DNA of 64,000 nucleotides from Callorhinchus milii. Its lineage: Eukaryota. The notes beneath the pieces were generated by a model. The model ran no database searches, had not been told where the DNA came from, and saw only the letters and a list, made by a program, of their open reading frames with translations. How positions within the stretch are numbered: position 1 is the first letter of the stretch; each line of letters starts with the position of its first letter. Position numbers and translations under genes: made by a program. The DNA lies in assembly GCF_018977255.1 (NCBI RefSeq), contig NW_024704743.1, forward strand, positions 52,144,001 through 52,208,000, in the 5' to 3' direction. This document shows positions 49,848-61,800 of this stretch, piece by piece.

Positions 49848-50202
49848 TAACAAAAACAAATTACATTTGAACAGTGCCCTTCATGTCAGGAAGATGTCCC
49901 AAAGCACTGGACAGTCAGGGATTCACACCCGAGCTGGTGATAGGGATCCGGAGAGGTGGAGGGTGGAGGTGGTAGGGGTAGGAGGGAGCCCGAAGGCACG
50001 GTCGAAGAGGAGCTTCTTGAAACTGGTCTTGAAGAAGGCAAGGGAGTGGGCGAGGCGGAGGGACTGTGGGATGGAGTTCCAGTGGATGGGGGCAGAGGCT
50101 GAAGGCCTGCCAGCCAACGGTGGGGCAGGCAAGGCGGGGAAACATGAAGCAGACTGGAGCCCGCTGAGTGGAGGGAGCAGACAGGTTGGTAGGGGGTTAG
50201 GA
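49848..50202 (-). mobile_element. L2 3' fragment
   Basis: Minus ORF ...HWNSIPQSLRLAHSLAFFKTSFKKLLFDRAFG; similar to 44046-44400. Confidence 0.88.
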
Positions 50203-51414
50203 GGTCAATTAAATAAATGTAAATTATTGGTGTTGTTGTACACTGTCTGTGAAACCAGGTAATTTATGTGTGCAAGAAATAGAAGATTCCTGAAATACCT
50301 CCCATAGAAGATACTAACTTAAGGTGTAAAAATCTTAAACATGAGAATGTGAAATGATGGAAGTAATAATAATATGTAACTCACGATTAGGGAATTGTGT
50401 GCTGCAGTGGGTTTACTGCTCTTTAATAATTTATTTATTGGGATCCCTGAACCCTTTTGTTCATCTATCCTTCAAGTGCTTCCCCATTTAAAATAATATT
50501 CTGAGCTTTTATTCTTACATACAAAGTGTACTCCCACACGTCTTGTTACTCTGAACTGTATCTGTAATCATTCGATTAATCCATCTATGCCCTTTTGCAA
50601 TTTTCTGCTCACTTCTTCAGAATTCATTACACCTCCTAGCTTAGTGTCACATAGATACATTAAAGGTTTGAATGAAGTGCCAAACAAAGGTACTCAGGAA
50701 TAATCTGGTGGGTGACCTCTCTGAAGAATAGCAGCTGTTAGTGATAGGTAACAAAAATAACAATGGGTTTTTCAGTGAATTAAATGTGTGGTAGTGATTG
50801 CAAAGCAGAAACCTTATCAACTGCTCAAGTGCCAAGAACAAAGATGCAGTGATCTATTCCAGCATCTGAACTGTGATTCAAGTTTCACTTTACTATACAT
50901 TAGGTATATATATTAGATTTATAGTATATGCTGCGAATTTAACTGGGTGGTTTTATTCACTTTTCTGTCCTCTTTATATTCATAACATGTACCAATATGT
51001 ATATCAATGTACTAGGTAGTAATGATGTATCATGATGTCCACCCTCAAGGCTTATCAATCATCAACTACCCACTTCAAGTCATCCCTCATCCCCACCACT
51101 CCACCCACTGTACATCATTCCCTCTGCCTTATCCTCTCCTTGCCTGTCTTCATATTACACCTGAAGATCTTTCATTTCAAGTCATGCCTACAGTCACCTC
51201 CCCTCTCTCCCTAGCTCAGCATTAAGTACTGCCACTGTTAAGCACTCCCATACGTTACCCCGCGTGAAGTGTGTTATATAAATGCTAAATAACGTTTTGT
51301 TGTTGGTGTTGTCCATTAACAAATAATTTGAGGTTGAGTAACTTGGCTCATTCATGATATGGGAGAATAACTGATACTGTATATTTTATGAATAAATCTG
51401 AGAAGGAAGGGAAC

Positions 51415-51720
51415 TAAATTGCATTTTTACAGGACCTGTATGATTGTAACTTCAAAGCACATGACAGTAATTGCTATCACTTATAGTGATTGCTTTTTGA
51501 AGGCAAACACAACAGACATTTTGCACATTACAGAGTGTGGCAAAAAGCCTCAAGACAAAAGATCAATTTATCTGGAGGATTGTTGGCGATGTCACACTGG
51601 GAGCCACTCCTTTTTTCAGCTGTCATGGGATCTTGAAAGTTCATCTGAAGAACAGATGCACAGGGCCGCAGTTTAACTTGTTATCCAAAGCACAGCACTC
51701 CCCTAGTGCAGCACTAGTTT
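51415..51720 (-). mobile_element. Old degenerate Deu-type SINE
   Basis: gtcatgggatcttgaaagttcatctga...cagatgcacagggccgcagtttaacttgttatccaaag...cagcactccc matches the reverse Deu domain. Confidence 0.6.
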
Positions 51721-51959
51721 GTCAGAGATGATCCTATACAGTCAAAATGATTAGTCCAAGAGGCAGACACTAGTGGCTTATTGAGACCGGTCAAGCAGCT
51801 TCAGTGTAGTCAAACTTCACTATTAATTTGAAAATGCTACACTGCATATAAGGTGGAATAAAAATGCAAGTAAGTTGTTGTTGGTGTGAGGTATGCTACC
51901 AATTTTCAGGACATCCCAAAGATAAAGATGGCCTTTCAGGCTACCCGATGTCATCCTTC

Positions 51960-52250
51960 TAGAATACCCACCTTCCCATCCTCCCATCACAACACCAAAC
52001 TGTTATTTAAATTATTCAAGTGTCCTGGCCTCAATCATCTTTCCTGCTAAACTGTTCCAGTACTTGATTACCTTTTGGGTAAAGAAATACTTCCCGGTAT
52101 TTATCCTGAAATTGTACTTTGCAACTCTAAACCTATGTCCTCTTGCTCTACCCTCTTCGTGCATCCTAAAGTATGGTTCTGAGTTTACATTTTCAATCCC
52201 ATTCAAAAATATTATGAATACAAAAGCACTTATAAAGCAATTTAGCTCAA
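51960..52250 (-). mobile_element. CR1 3' fragment
   Basis: Minus ORF PYFRMHEEGRARGHRFRVAKYNFRINTGKYFFTQKVIKYWNSL is a CR1 ORF2 end (TRGH..K...FF.QRV...WNSL). Confidence 0.85.
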
Positions 52251-52906
52251 ATAGCAAATAATAAAATTAATGTTACTTCATCTATATATTACTGTAATTA
52301 TTCATTTGTGATGCCACTGCTGTGTACTGTATCACTTTATACACAGTCACAACTGACAGACAGAGTCACATTGCTCTAGAAACTAAAACAATGTACAGTA
52401 TCTGTAGATGCCTTAACCAGTTAGATTTATTCAGTGTTTCAAACTTCAACTAGTTATTCTACTTTGGTTAAAACATTGTGCTGGTAGTGATACAGTTTGA
52501 CAAGTACTGAGTAATTAGTTTGTTTATTTTTTATTTCTGTCACTCAGATCATAGCATTTCATTATGCTAACAAACAATGTTTATTATACATTTGTTTATT
52601 ACTAGCAGTGACCCAATGGGCTATATTGAATATTTTCAATTCAATAATATAAATCAAAACACATGTTATTGTAAAGTGGAACTTTAACTCAACCATGTTG
52701 TATGAAAAGAGAAAATCTAGTGGTGTATGTACCACATGTATTGCTAAATAGTTACAGTGAAACAAATTATGAGAAGTCAGACTGAACATGGGAAAGAAAT
52801 CATGTTCATATTAAAGGGCTCAGTGATGAGTCTGTACAGCCAAACGTAGGCCTGCTCCCCCTAAAAATATTTTTTTCTATTGTATCTGAAAGAGTGATTT
52901 TTATTT

Positions 52907-53012
52907 CAGTTCTGATGAAGGGTCGTGGACCCGAAACGTTGACTCACTTTCCTTTCTCCATAGATGCTGCCTGACCTGCTGAGTTTTCCCAGTTCTCTGT
53001 TATTGTTTCAGA
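52907..53012 (+). ncRNA. Minimal type I hammerhead ribozyme motif within a Penelope-like repeat fragment
   Basis: AGTT-CTGATGA-A-GGGTC(gtg)GACCC-GAAAC-GTT-GACT: core boxes 52912-52918 and 52933-52936, perfect 5-bp stem II, 4-bp stem I, palindromic AACGTT. Followed by agatgctgcctgacctgctgagt, which I recall from this shark repeat. Confidence 0.7.
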
Positions 53013-53029
53013 TTAAAGGGCTGATTGTA

Positions 53030-53340
53030 CTTACTACGTATCACATTGCCTACCTCCCCTCTATCTCACACCAACGCTACCAAAACTCTCATTTGTGCCA
53101 GTGTTACCTCCCAACTTAACTTTTGAAATGTACTCCTTATTGTTCCGGTCTCATTAATTCAAGCGGCCTCGCCCACACCTAACTCTGCATGCAGTTCAAC
53201 CAGGCCTTACCAGGCTCCATTGGCTGCCAGCAGATGAACTTCAAGGCCGTCACCCTCATCCACAAATCTCTGATCTCCTAGCACCTCTGTATCCCGGTGA
53301 TCATCCCCTACCCCACATTTCTATTTGCCCCCCGCCCGAC
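53030..53340 (+). mobile_element. Degenerate L2 fragment
   Basis: gctaccaaaactctcatttgtgccagtgttacctcccaactt...ctccattggctgccagcagatgaacttcaagg (LHWLP...FK). Confidence 0.6.
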
Positions 53341-53611
53341 CCTGTAACAGCCAAACTTAGGCCTGCTCACCCTAAAAAAAATTCCATTGTATCATGAAAG
53401 AGTAATTTTTATTTTAGGAGCGATGAGTCTGTACACTATCCTCCTGGATGGGGGAGGGGTAAGATGGGACCCTTTGGAGCTGAACTCCATGGTGACATGC
53501 CTTGCAATTGAATGTCAAAATCGAGCCAGGCCTCTGTGGCAGTCTTGGTAGTCCAGTTCCTGAGCCAGGTGGGTCTGCAGTATTCTAGGGCACTGCTGAT
53601 GACATTGCTGT

Positions 53612-54030
53612 AGCCCAGCCTGGCTTATCGGAAGGGCAGACCAGTCTCTGGGGGCAGGCAGTCATCCTGCTTAGCTCTTGTTAACCCTGCAAGCCAAAGC
53701 CCTAACAGGTAGGGTGGTCCTAGCAGCAGAAAAGCCTGCCAGACAACAATATCAATGGCAAGCTACGCGGTTTTAGCTTGTTAAGACTCCAGCAGTACCC
53801 AACACACACTATGGGCTTCACAAGCCTTGGCTCTTGCTAACCTGCACCTAACACTTTCCGGAATGAGGGAAGCAGGATGAGTCCCTCCAGGGAGAGTGCG
53901 CATTCCATTCCAACAATCTATCTCTGGGATTTCCATGTGTAGGTGGGATGCATGGAAATCTCAGTTTGGTTTGGATACTCTTAAGCATGGTGTTGGGCTT
54001 CTGCATGACCCTTAGCTAACCCCCACAAAA
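53612..54030 (+). repeat. Unclassified dispersed repeat, copy 2 (copy 1 at 29285-29660)
   Basis: Same colinear shared blocks as copy 1. Confidence 0.75.
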
Positions 54031-57000
54031 TGGCATTGTCACAATTCATCTGAAGATTTCCCAGGCAAAAAAGACCTGCAAGGGCAACATATGCAATCTT
54101 TCTGTCCTTGGCTGGCTATTTTTACGGTGAGCAGGGACTGGCATTTTTCCTAGCTCAAATTGCGCCTGGTAGTGAATCTTTTAATTGCATTGGAGTGCTG
54201 GGATTAACAGTCAACACCAACATGACGACCAACCCCCATTCAACACATTGAGAGTTGGCTAACATGGATTTATCACATCATCTGAGAAGTCCTTTCTGGC
54301 CGGGAGAGTTGACGTAGCAGCTTTTCAGAAGACTGTCTGAAGAAATAGAAATTCTTTTTCAGGTAAGTTCATTTTCCCTTAAAAAAATAAGTGTCTGTGT
54401 GTGGGGGGGCTTAAAGTGGAAAAGTACCGTGGATTGAAAGTACATCCTTCTACGCAATTGTATTCTTTAGCATCAGAAAGCAAATAATTTTGCTCAGACA
54501 GGTTTTTCTATTTTTTCTTGTTGTGGCATCAGTGAATCTCATTCCATCTTTGCCAGGTCTCTGGACTAACCACTTCCAAAGAAAAACGATCAGTTTTTCA
54601 ATAGGAGCATCGAATGATAGCAATAAAGATTCACCATAGGGTAGCTGTGCTCGGTATTCGATCTTGTCAGGTGTCGGGATTAATAACTCCTCCCATCAGT
54701 GGACAGATAACCCTTAGAAAACACTGTAAATAAAACCACTACATGCTGCAAAACCTATCTTGATAATTCCTTCAGGTGCTTAAAACATCTGCCCTAATAA
54801 CCTTTTAATGCGTAGTTGAAATCTTGGCTTTTTTCTCTGACCATTCAAGCCAGTCAATACCAATACAAAACCAAGATAAACTGACATATCCCTGGGTCTT
54901 CCTTATTTGGTTCAACAAAGTGCATTTGTATAGTGCCACTCATGCAGGGTAGCTTCCCAGAGCGCTTCAATTCAACTTAATTTGAATATTCATAGAGCAA
55001 AAATAAATCTTCATCATTAAACCAATCTGAACTATTAACTTAAGAGGATTATGAACTGTTACTTTGAAATGCTGTTGTAAAACCAAATGGAATTGGCACT
55101 GCCAGGATTTGATATTCATTGCATCTGTTCTAACCTGTAACAATTATCCACCATTGGTCTAAGTCGCTGCTCCTGATAAGACAATTTGCTTTGGCTTATT
55201 CTTTTTGTGAAAATGTTTTGAATTAAAAAAACATGTATCTAATAAACAGAATATTAATTAAGTTGGACAGGTTGCATTATAGCTGAAAAAACTCAGCTGA
55301 GGCCTCAAACCTTTTAATCACTACCTCCAGTAATGTTGGAACTATTTTGAATTATCTCCACAATAATTCTTATTGCTGAAACCACTGAATAATATGTTAC
55401 AGAATTGATTCAAACCTCTCCACTGCATTGTTAAAAATAAACATAAAATAGTAAAATATGAATCCAATTTCAGGAATTTTAAACAAGAAAACACAAAAAC
55501 ACAACTGCAACAACAATGGACTTATGACACTTTATACTACAATTTGTAAATTAGAATGGATAATGTAGCAACAGGATGTGAGGTCTTAAATGTGACTACG
55601 TAGAAATCCATTACTGTCCTCTATACAGTAACCGTCCAAGATTATAAAAGAATGCAAGGTTTTAATTTTTAGCTCAAACTTTTAAATTCAGTTGTGTGAA
55701 GCACTTTGAGGCATCCTCCAGACATGAAATATACAATTTGAAATATCATTGTGTAACAAACATATTTGGAGTGAAATTTGCAATGATTTACAGAATGATT
55801 TCTAAACACAAACCATGTGGGAACGTTGACATCCAGGCCGACTGTCTGGAAATCTGGCCAGCTACCAATCTCAGTTTTGACTTCCATGAAGTTGGATGAG
55901 AACTAAAGGAGGCTCCTGGCGTCTGACAGCAAATCTTGCAAATCAAACCCCATTATTGTGAAACAGACTCTACTCACATCTAGTGCATCATTTCTTACAT
56001 AAGATTGATTCTTGATGTTTCAACGAAGAATGCTGGCAGTGAGAAATGTACAACTTACTACAGATTTTAGAAACATAAACCCAACAATATTTGTTCTCTC
56101 ATTGTTATTCTATGTGATCATATGTATTTATGGTTCTGTCCCTGAGTTAATTTTTTGTTTGACTATAAATTAGTATCAGGTATGTAATGGTGCAAGTGGA
56201 AAGGTCCAATTTCAAAACACGAATTTTAAAAAAGGCTGCAAGAATTGGAGATTTAATAGTATTTGTTCTAATCTGGTTCATCCCATAAATGTTCCACTCT
56301 CCAAAGAGAACATGAATCAAATTATTCCAGGTAATTTTCCCCCTTGAACAAACTAAAGCAATCTATGCATGACATAGCTCAGTTATTTTCAGCTTTGACT
56401 TAAGCTGGGTATAATCTTAAATTAATTACAGAATGATAGAACTCCTTAAAAGTTACAGTTGTAAAGTCAAAGCAGAGGGGGTAACTCACCGATGAGTGAG
56501 TTATGGCAATTGTTTCACAAGTGTGAAAGACTTATAACTCACTAAGATATGATGGAATATCCTAGGAGTTCAAATGCCTAGAAATAACCATCACAAGTGA
56601 GATATTAGTTTGTTCTGAGGGTGCCCATCTTTTGATAGATCTGAGGCATTTCTTTAAATCATTTCTTGAATTCCATGCACCGCTGGTAACCACAAATGCC
56701 TGGGTGGAAGTTCTAAGACTGCAATTCAATCAACAGGCTCTAATAATAGGAGTAAAGCTTGAGCAGTTCATGAATCTCAGCAGACATTGAAGATTGAATA
56801 TGCAGTTTACTCGTCATTTTTACAATAATATGCTTCAGCTGCTGACTTCACAACACACAGAGCTGCAATAAGCTGCAGATTGCCCTGGACTTATGCAAGG
56901 GCAATCGGGTATAAATCACCAGTGTGGAATTACTGTACTTTTGAGCTAATATAGAACTAAATCTTCTCTCCTCCTTCCCTTTTGAACGGTCTTACTCAGT

Positions 57001-57367
57001 ATTAGACAAAAAATATAACACTCCTACTAGTGAAATTAAATTAATTATCGTTCTTACAAAATGGTTCAAAATATTACCTCAAATGGTTACATCAATGTGG
57101 GCTATTTTATGCATTTATTTAAAATAGCAGACTAAAAACATTAAAACGTTTGATATTTTAAAAAAGGAATTGTTATTTTGTCAATGACAATGTTTCCACC
57201 CACAAAATTGTTTCTTTCATGCCTGTGTACAATAAGTAACTCACATCCCTGCACCATGATCCCATCATGTTTAATGGTTATGAATTTATACCCAAATTAA
57301 TAACGTTTTTCCCCCTCAATATCAATTTTTAAAATACTGCTTCGAAAGTAAACAGTAATAATAACTT

Positions 57368-57677
57368 TAATAATCCTTGTATTTGATATAGCGCTTTTCA
57401 CGTCGGGAGGACGTCCCAAAGCGCTTCACAGAACACACTGTAAAGTGAATTGACCGTATATTTGTGGGTGAACGCGGCAGCCAATTGCGCACAGCAATGT
57501 CCCACAAACAGTCATGGATTCAAAATGACCAATTTATTATTGTTTTTTTTTTTGGAGGGATTATTATTAGGCGTGTGGAGTAAGGAAACTTGCCCAAGGT
57601 TTCGCCCTGCCGGGAATCGAACCCAGATCTCTCACTTGCAAAGCGAGTGCTCTAACCACTGAGCTACAGGACTCCAC
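57368..57677 (-). mobile_element. Full-length tRNA-derived SINE, short/young form
   Basis: Reverse complement nearly identical to 1111-1432, with an intact B box (gggttcgattccc). Confidence 0.93.
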
Positions 57678-58574
57678 GATCAAAACACTGAAGAGATACT
57701 AAATTCAGATTGATATGGCACNTTTTTTAAACAAATTAACTTGCCATCATAATAGTAATCCTTGCATTTGATATAGCCCCTTATCATGTTGTTGAGACAT
57801 CTCAAAGCGCTTCATAGTAGTCCAAAGAAGAATATTCATTTTACTCTCACAACAAGAGTAAATACATGTGCACACAGAGTAAAGCTTTACCAACATTTTA
57901 TTTTTTTTCAGAGCTCCAATTGGAGAAGGTTATGCAAGTCTATCATATGAAGAGACAGGAATCCAATTGTCCATCTCAATGATGATGATGTATCTGTTTA
58001 AAGCGAAGGCCGCAATAACCACAAGTTCCAACTTTTGTATCTTTGTCCTAGTTGAAGAAGAAAACAAATCAAATGAGGAGCACATCAAGAAACACAGATA
58101 TCCCTATAATCTGATAATGGCTATTCATTTTCATGAATATATGTCATTTAAAATAATAATTGCAATATTGATAAATGTAGCTACCAAACACTTTTCCAAT
58201 TTTTGTCTATTCAACAAGTAAACCTTTTGATAGCGTGGGTAGTGAACATATCAATTCATTAATTATAGATATTAATTAGATATTAAAAGTATTAATTAGT
58301 TTATGTTGATCATTTCAAATGAAAATAATTTGTGAGCTATAAGCATCTCACTGCAAGTTTAACATTCTTGTTAGTACATAATACATAACCTTGTAATTTG
58401 TTTAAACTGGATTTTCAAAATATATCAATAGTTAAGCATAGGTCTCAATACTATAATATTAAAACTTTAGGAAATTAGAACCAAACAAAAACAGATTTCA
58501 GTTTGAGCTAAAAACCAAAAGATCAACCTAAACAGTTTCTGAAAATGGTGACATAACCCTTGAATTTGATACAA

Positions 58575-58825
58575 TATTAATCCTTATATTTGGTATACCA
58601 CTATTCATGTCAGGATATCCCAGGATTTTACTTTAAATTGTGTTTTGTGGGTGAACGCAGCTGCCAATTTGCATGCAGTAATGTCCCGCAAACATCCCTG
58701 AAACAAATAACCAATCTTATTTAGTGTATTGTTGATAAGGAAACTCCCCTCTCTTTTTGAATAATGCCATGGGATCTTTGGACAAGGTGATGGCACCTCA
58801 GTTTAATGTTTCACCCAAAGGATGT
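58575..58825 (-). mobile_element. Degenerate Deu-type SINE
   Basis: gtgggtgaacgcagctgccaatttgc...ttgaataatgccatgggatcttt...cctcagtttaatgtttcacccaaagg. Confidence 0.65.
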
Positions 58826-61088
58826 ACCTGATCTACTCAACAAACACTTACCAAGTTTATATACACCTTAGGATGTCCGAGGGCTCCACCACCACCATCA
58901 CAGGAAACCACTCTATCTGCTACCTCAGTAATCGGTTGCTCAGCGATTAGATTAATAGCAAACTTTTCATTGACCTACCAAAACAAATGGAAAGAGTTTA
59001 AGGTTTGACACCCAGTTCCCTCATACTGGCTTCATCAAAGTTTACCTGCATTACTGAGTCATGGCGCAATGCAGATTTTATATCTGTGACACATTATATT
59101 TCTGACACTTAACTGATCATAGTTAATTTTAAAAATCTTGATATTGTGCTCACTAAAGGAAGTAAACCAATTTGGCAGTCCTTTTAACACGGAAAGTTAT
59201 TGTATAAGTGATCCTCCGTTATGGGCCCTCTGAGGGAAATGTAGCACAGAGTAACATCCAACATAAGAACCATTAGGAGAAAGCATACAGTACTTGAAAG
59301 ACTTCTAAACCTTTTTAAGTTTTATTTTTATTGCACTCATTAACTTAGCAAACTATGATCAATGGAAGAGTCAGGGCTCAATGAAAATAAGGGAGGAGAA
59401 AGGCAACTTAGTGGAGGAAACAGCTGGATAGTATAAGATTTCTTTAATCTCAGAGGAGGCAGGTGAGGAAAGGTTAAAATAAGCAAATATATATTAGAAC
59501 TACCAAAAGGAAACCAAGAAGGAACTTGAGACTGAAAAGGAACTGAACTACCTTGATCATAAGAATGGAACAAACTTTATTTTGGAAAAAAATTCAGAAG
59601 ATGCAAAAGGGCAAGTAAGTAAAAGAAAATATGTGGGATTTTGTAAGATGAACAATTCCCCATGTGCGGACTCCCTATACCACATGCTATTCTTAGCTAA
59701 ACACAGACAGGCAACCTGCTCACAAATTTCACTTATGTCAAACTATAACCAGCTGCTAGGAGAAGTACATATCCAAACTAGGCGATTCTTCCTCTGATAT
59801 TTTTCTGTCCATCAGGAAACTAATAAATGACAGACATGTACCTGCAATCTATCACTCCATGGGCTCATACATCGTTCCAAAATGCCATGTTATCTGGGTT
59901 TGTAGCTTTAAAAACAGTGAGCTGATCATATTACATATACTTGCTTGATCTCTGCTTTGCTAAATCCTCTATGTCAGAGTTCAGGAAAGTTCACTCTCTT
60001 GACAAGTACATTAGCAGTTCTATGCTGGGATCTTGCTGGAGCACAACATGGTACGTACACTGGGACAAAACAGATTATAGAACACCTCTTGTAAAGCATA
60101 GTGTTGGGAACTCATGGGAAATGGTACAATTCCTTTGGCTGGTACCAAAACGCATTTTCCACTACCGTGTGTCATTTTACAAAATAGTCCTCTGTGTGTT
60201 GCCTGTGAGAATTTTTCAAATATAGAAGAGCTTGCTCCTTGCAAAGGAAGGTTACAAGACTATTCAGCGTCTTGAGTGATAGAAGGGTGTTAAACAATTG
60301 TCCTTGATACAAAAATAGAGCCAGATGGGAGAAAACAAAACATCTTGGTATTATGAGCCATCCGTTACAGCATTTCACAATCTGTTAATGACCAAAAGCT
60401 GTATCTTGGTCTATTCTATGTACCTAGTGGTTTTAAAATTACTTCCTACACAACTAGCATTTTTATAGCACATTCACTTAGGATAACATCTTAAGAGTCT
60501 TTCACAGTGAAAAGGTTGGATGCTAAGCAAGGGAGAAGGGAGGTGAGGTCGAGGATGTCCATTTTGCGGTCAGATCCTACAAAATAATCCTTGCATTTTG
60601 TACAATGCCTAATAAAGTAAAATGTCTCAAAGCGCTTCACAGCACTTTACTATGAACTGTAGTGACTGTAAATGTGTAGGCAAACATGACAACTAATTTG
60701 TACACAGAAATATCCCACTTCCATGAAGTGAATTAACATTTTTGTGGATTGTTGGCCAGGAGAACTTGTTTCATGGATAAACGTTTGTGGGGTTTTCTGC
60801 ACGTGTGCAATGCACAGGAATGATGTTATCAACAAACTAAGAACTTAAGCAACAGCCACTTTTCAGTGTGGGAAGCCAGCTAGTCAATGTCGGATGTCAA
60901 GTACACCATTTTTCCAGTTAGCGCAGGACCACAGCAGATCTCCACTCTAAGCAAGAACTGTGTTTAACCAAACGCGGCCATACCAGGGTTCCCCTATAGA
61001 TAAGGGCACAGAGTTTACAGCACACCCATCAGTAAGAAGTAATTATTACACCCGGAATAATTTGCCCTATTATTATTACTATTATGAT

Positions 61089-61459
61089 GTGGAGTCCTGT
61101 AACTCAGTGATTGGAGCACTCGCCTTGCAAGCAAAGGACATGGGTTCGATTCCCAGCAGGGTAAAATGTTGGCCAAGTTTCCTTACTCCAAATGCCTGAT
61201 TACCTAGCAGTAAGTAGGAACCCGGTTGTTAGTCGTTTGGTGGATCGCTTTTCCGGGTGTAATAATTCCTTTAAAAAAAATAATACATTGGTCACTCAAT
61301 CCACGATTGTTTGTGGGACACTACTGTGCACAGTTGGCTGCCGTGTTTCACCCACAAAACATACAGTCAATTCACTTTACAGTATATTCTGTGAAGTGCT
61401 TTGAGACATCTTAAATACGTGATAAGGCGCTATATCAAATGCAAGGTTTATTATTATTA
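61089..61459 (+). mobile_element. Full-length tRNA-derived SINE, long form
   Basis: Head ggagtcctgtaactcagtgattggagcactc...gggttcgattccc, internal segment ttacctagcagtaagtaggaacccgg..., tail ataaggcgctatatcaaatgcaagg(tta)n. Confidence 0.9.
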
Positions 61460-61629
61460 GAATCAGTAAGTGTAGTCTTTTAAGTCATGGTTTAAGTTTA
61501 ATGTTTAAGTTTAATGTGAAAACAGTTCAGTTCTTACAGGCAAGACAACTGCTACCTCTTACATAAAAACAGTTTTATTTGAATCAGCTGAAGCAGGAAG
61601 ACTAGTGCTTCTTGGAGTCTTTGGTTGTC

Positions 61630-61800
61630 GCAACAACAACAACAAGATTGCATTTATAGAGCGCCTTTCACGTCGGGAGGACGTCCCAAGGCGCTGGACA
61701 GTTGGGTCGGGACCCGAGCAGGGGGGAAACGGTCAGGGTGAGGGGAGGGAAGGGAGGGAGCGAGGAGGGGTAAAGAGTCGAGAGGGGAGCTGAAGGCACA
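61630..61800 (-). mobile_element. Young L2 3' end fragment
   Basis: Nearly identical to 1502-1670. Confidence 0.9.

Noticed and set aside
57912..58221. Possible + strand exon after tttttttcAG with a ~100-codon open frame
   Set aside because: No recognisable protein similarity, AT-rich, no supporting partner exons.
59600..60380. Overlapping short ORFs, possible decayed retroelement coding region
   Set aside because: No RT or integrase motif could be identified by eye; a translated search (BLASTX vs RepeatPeps) would be needed.
1502..61800. Apparent minus-strand bias of L2 copies
   Set aside because: Older L2 relics (24585, 49480, ~51040, 53030) are on +; numbers are too small to claim a bias.
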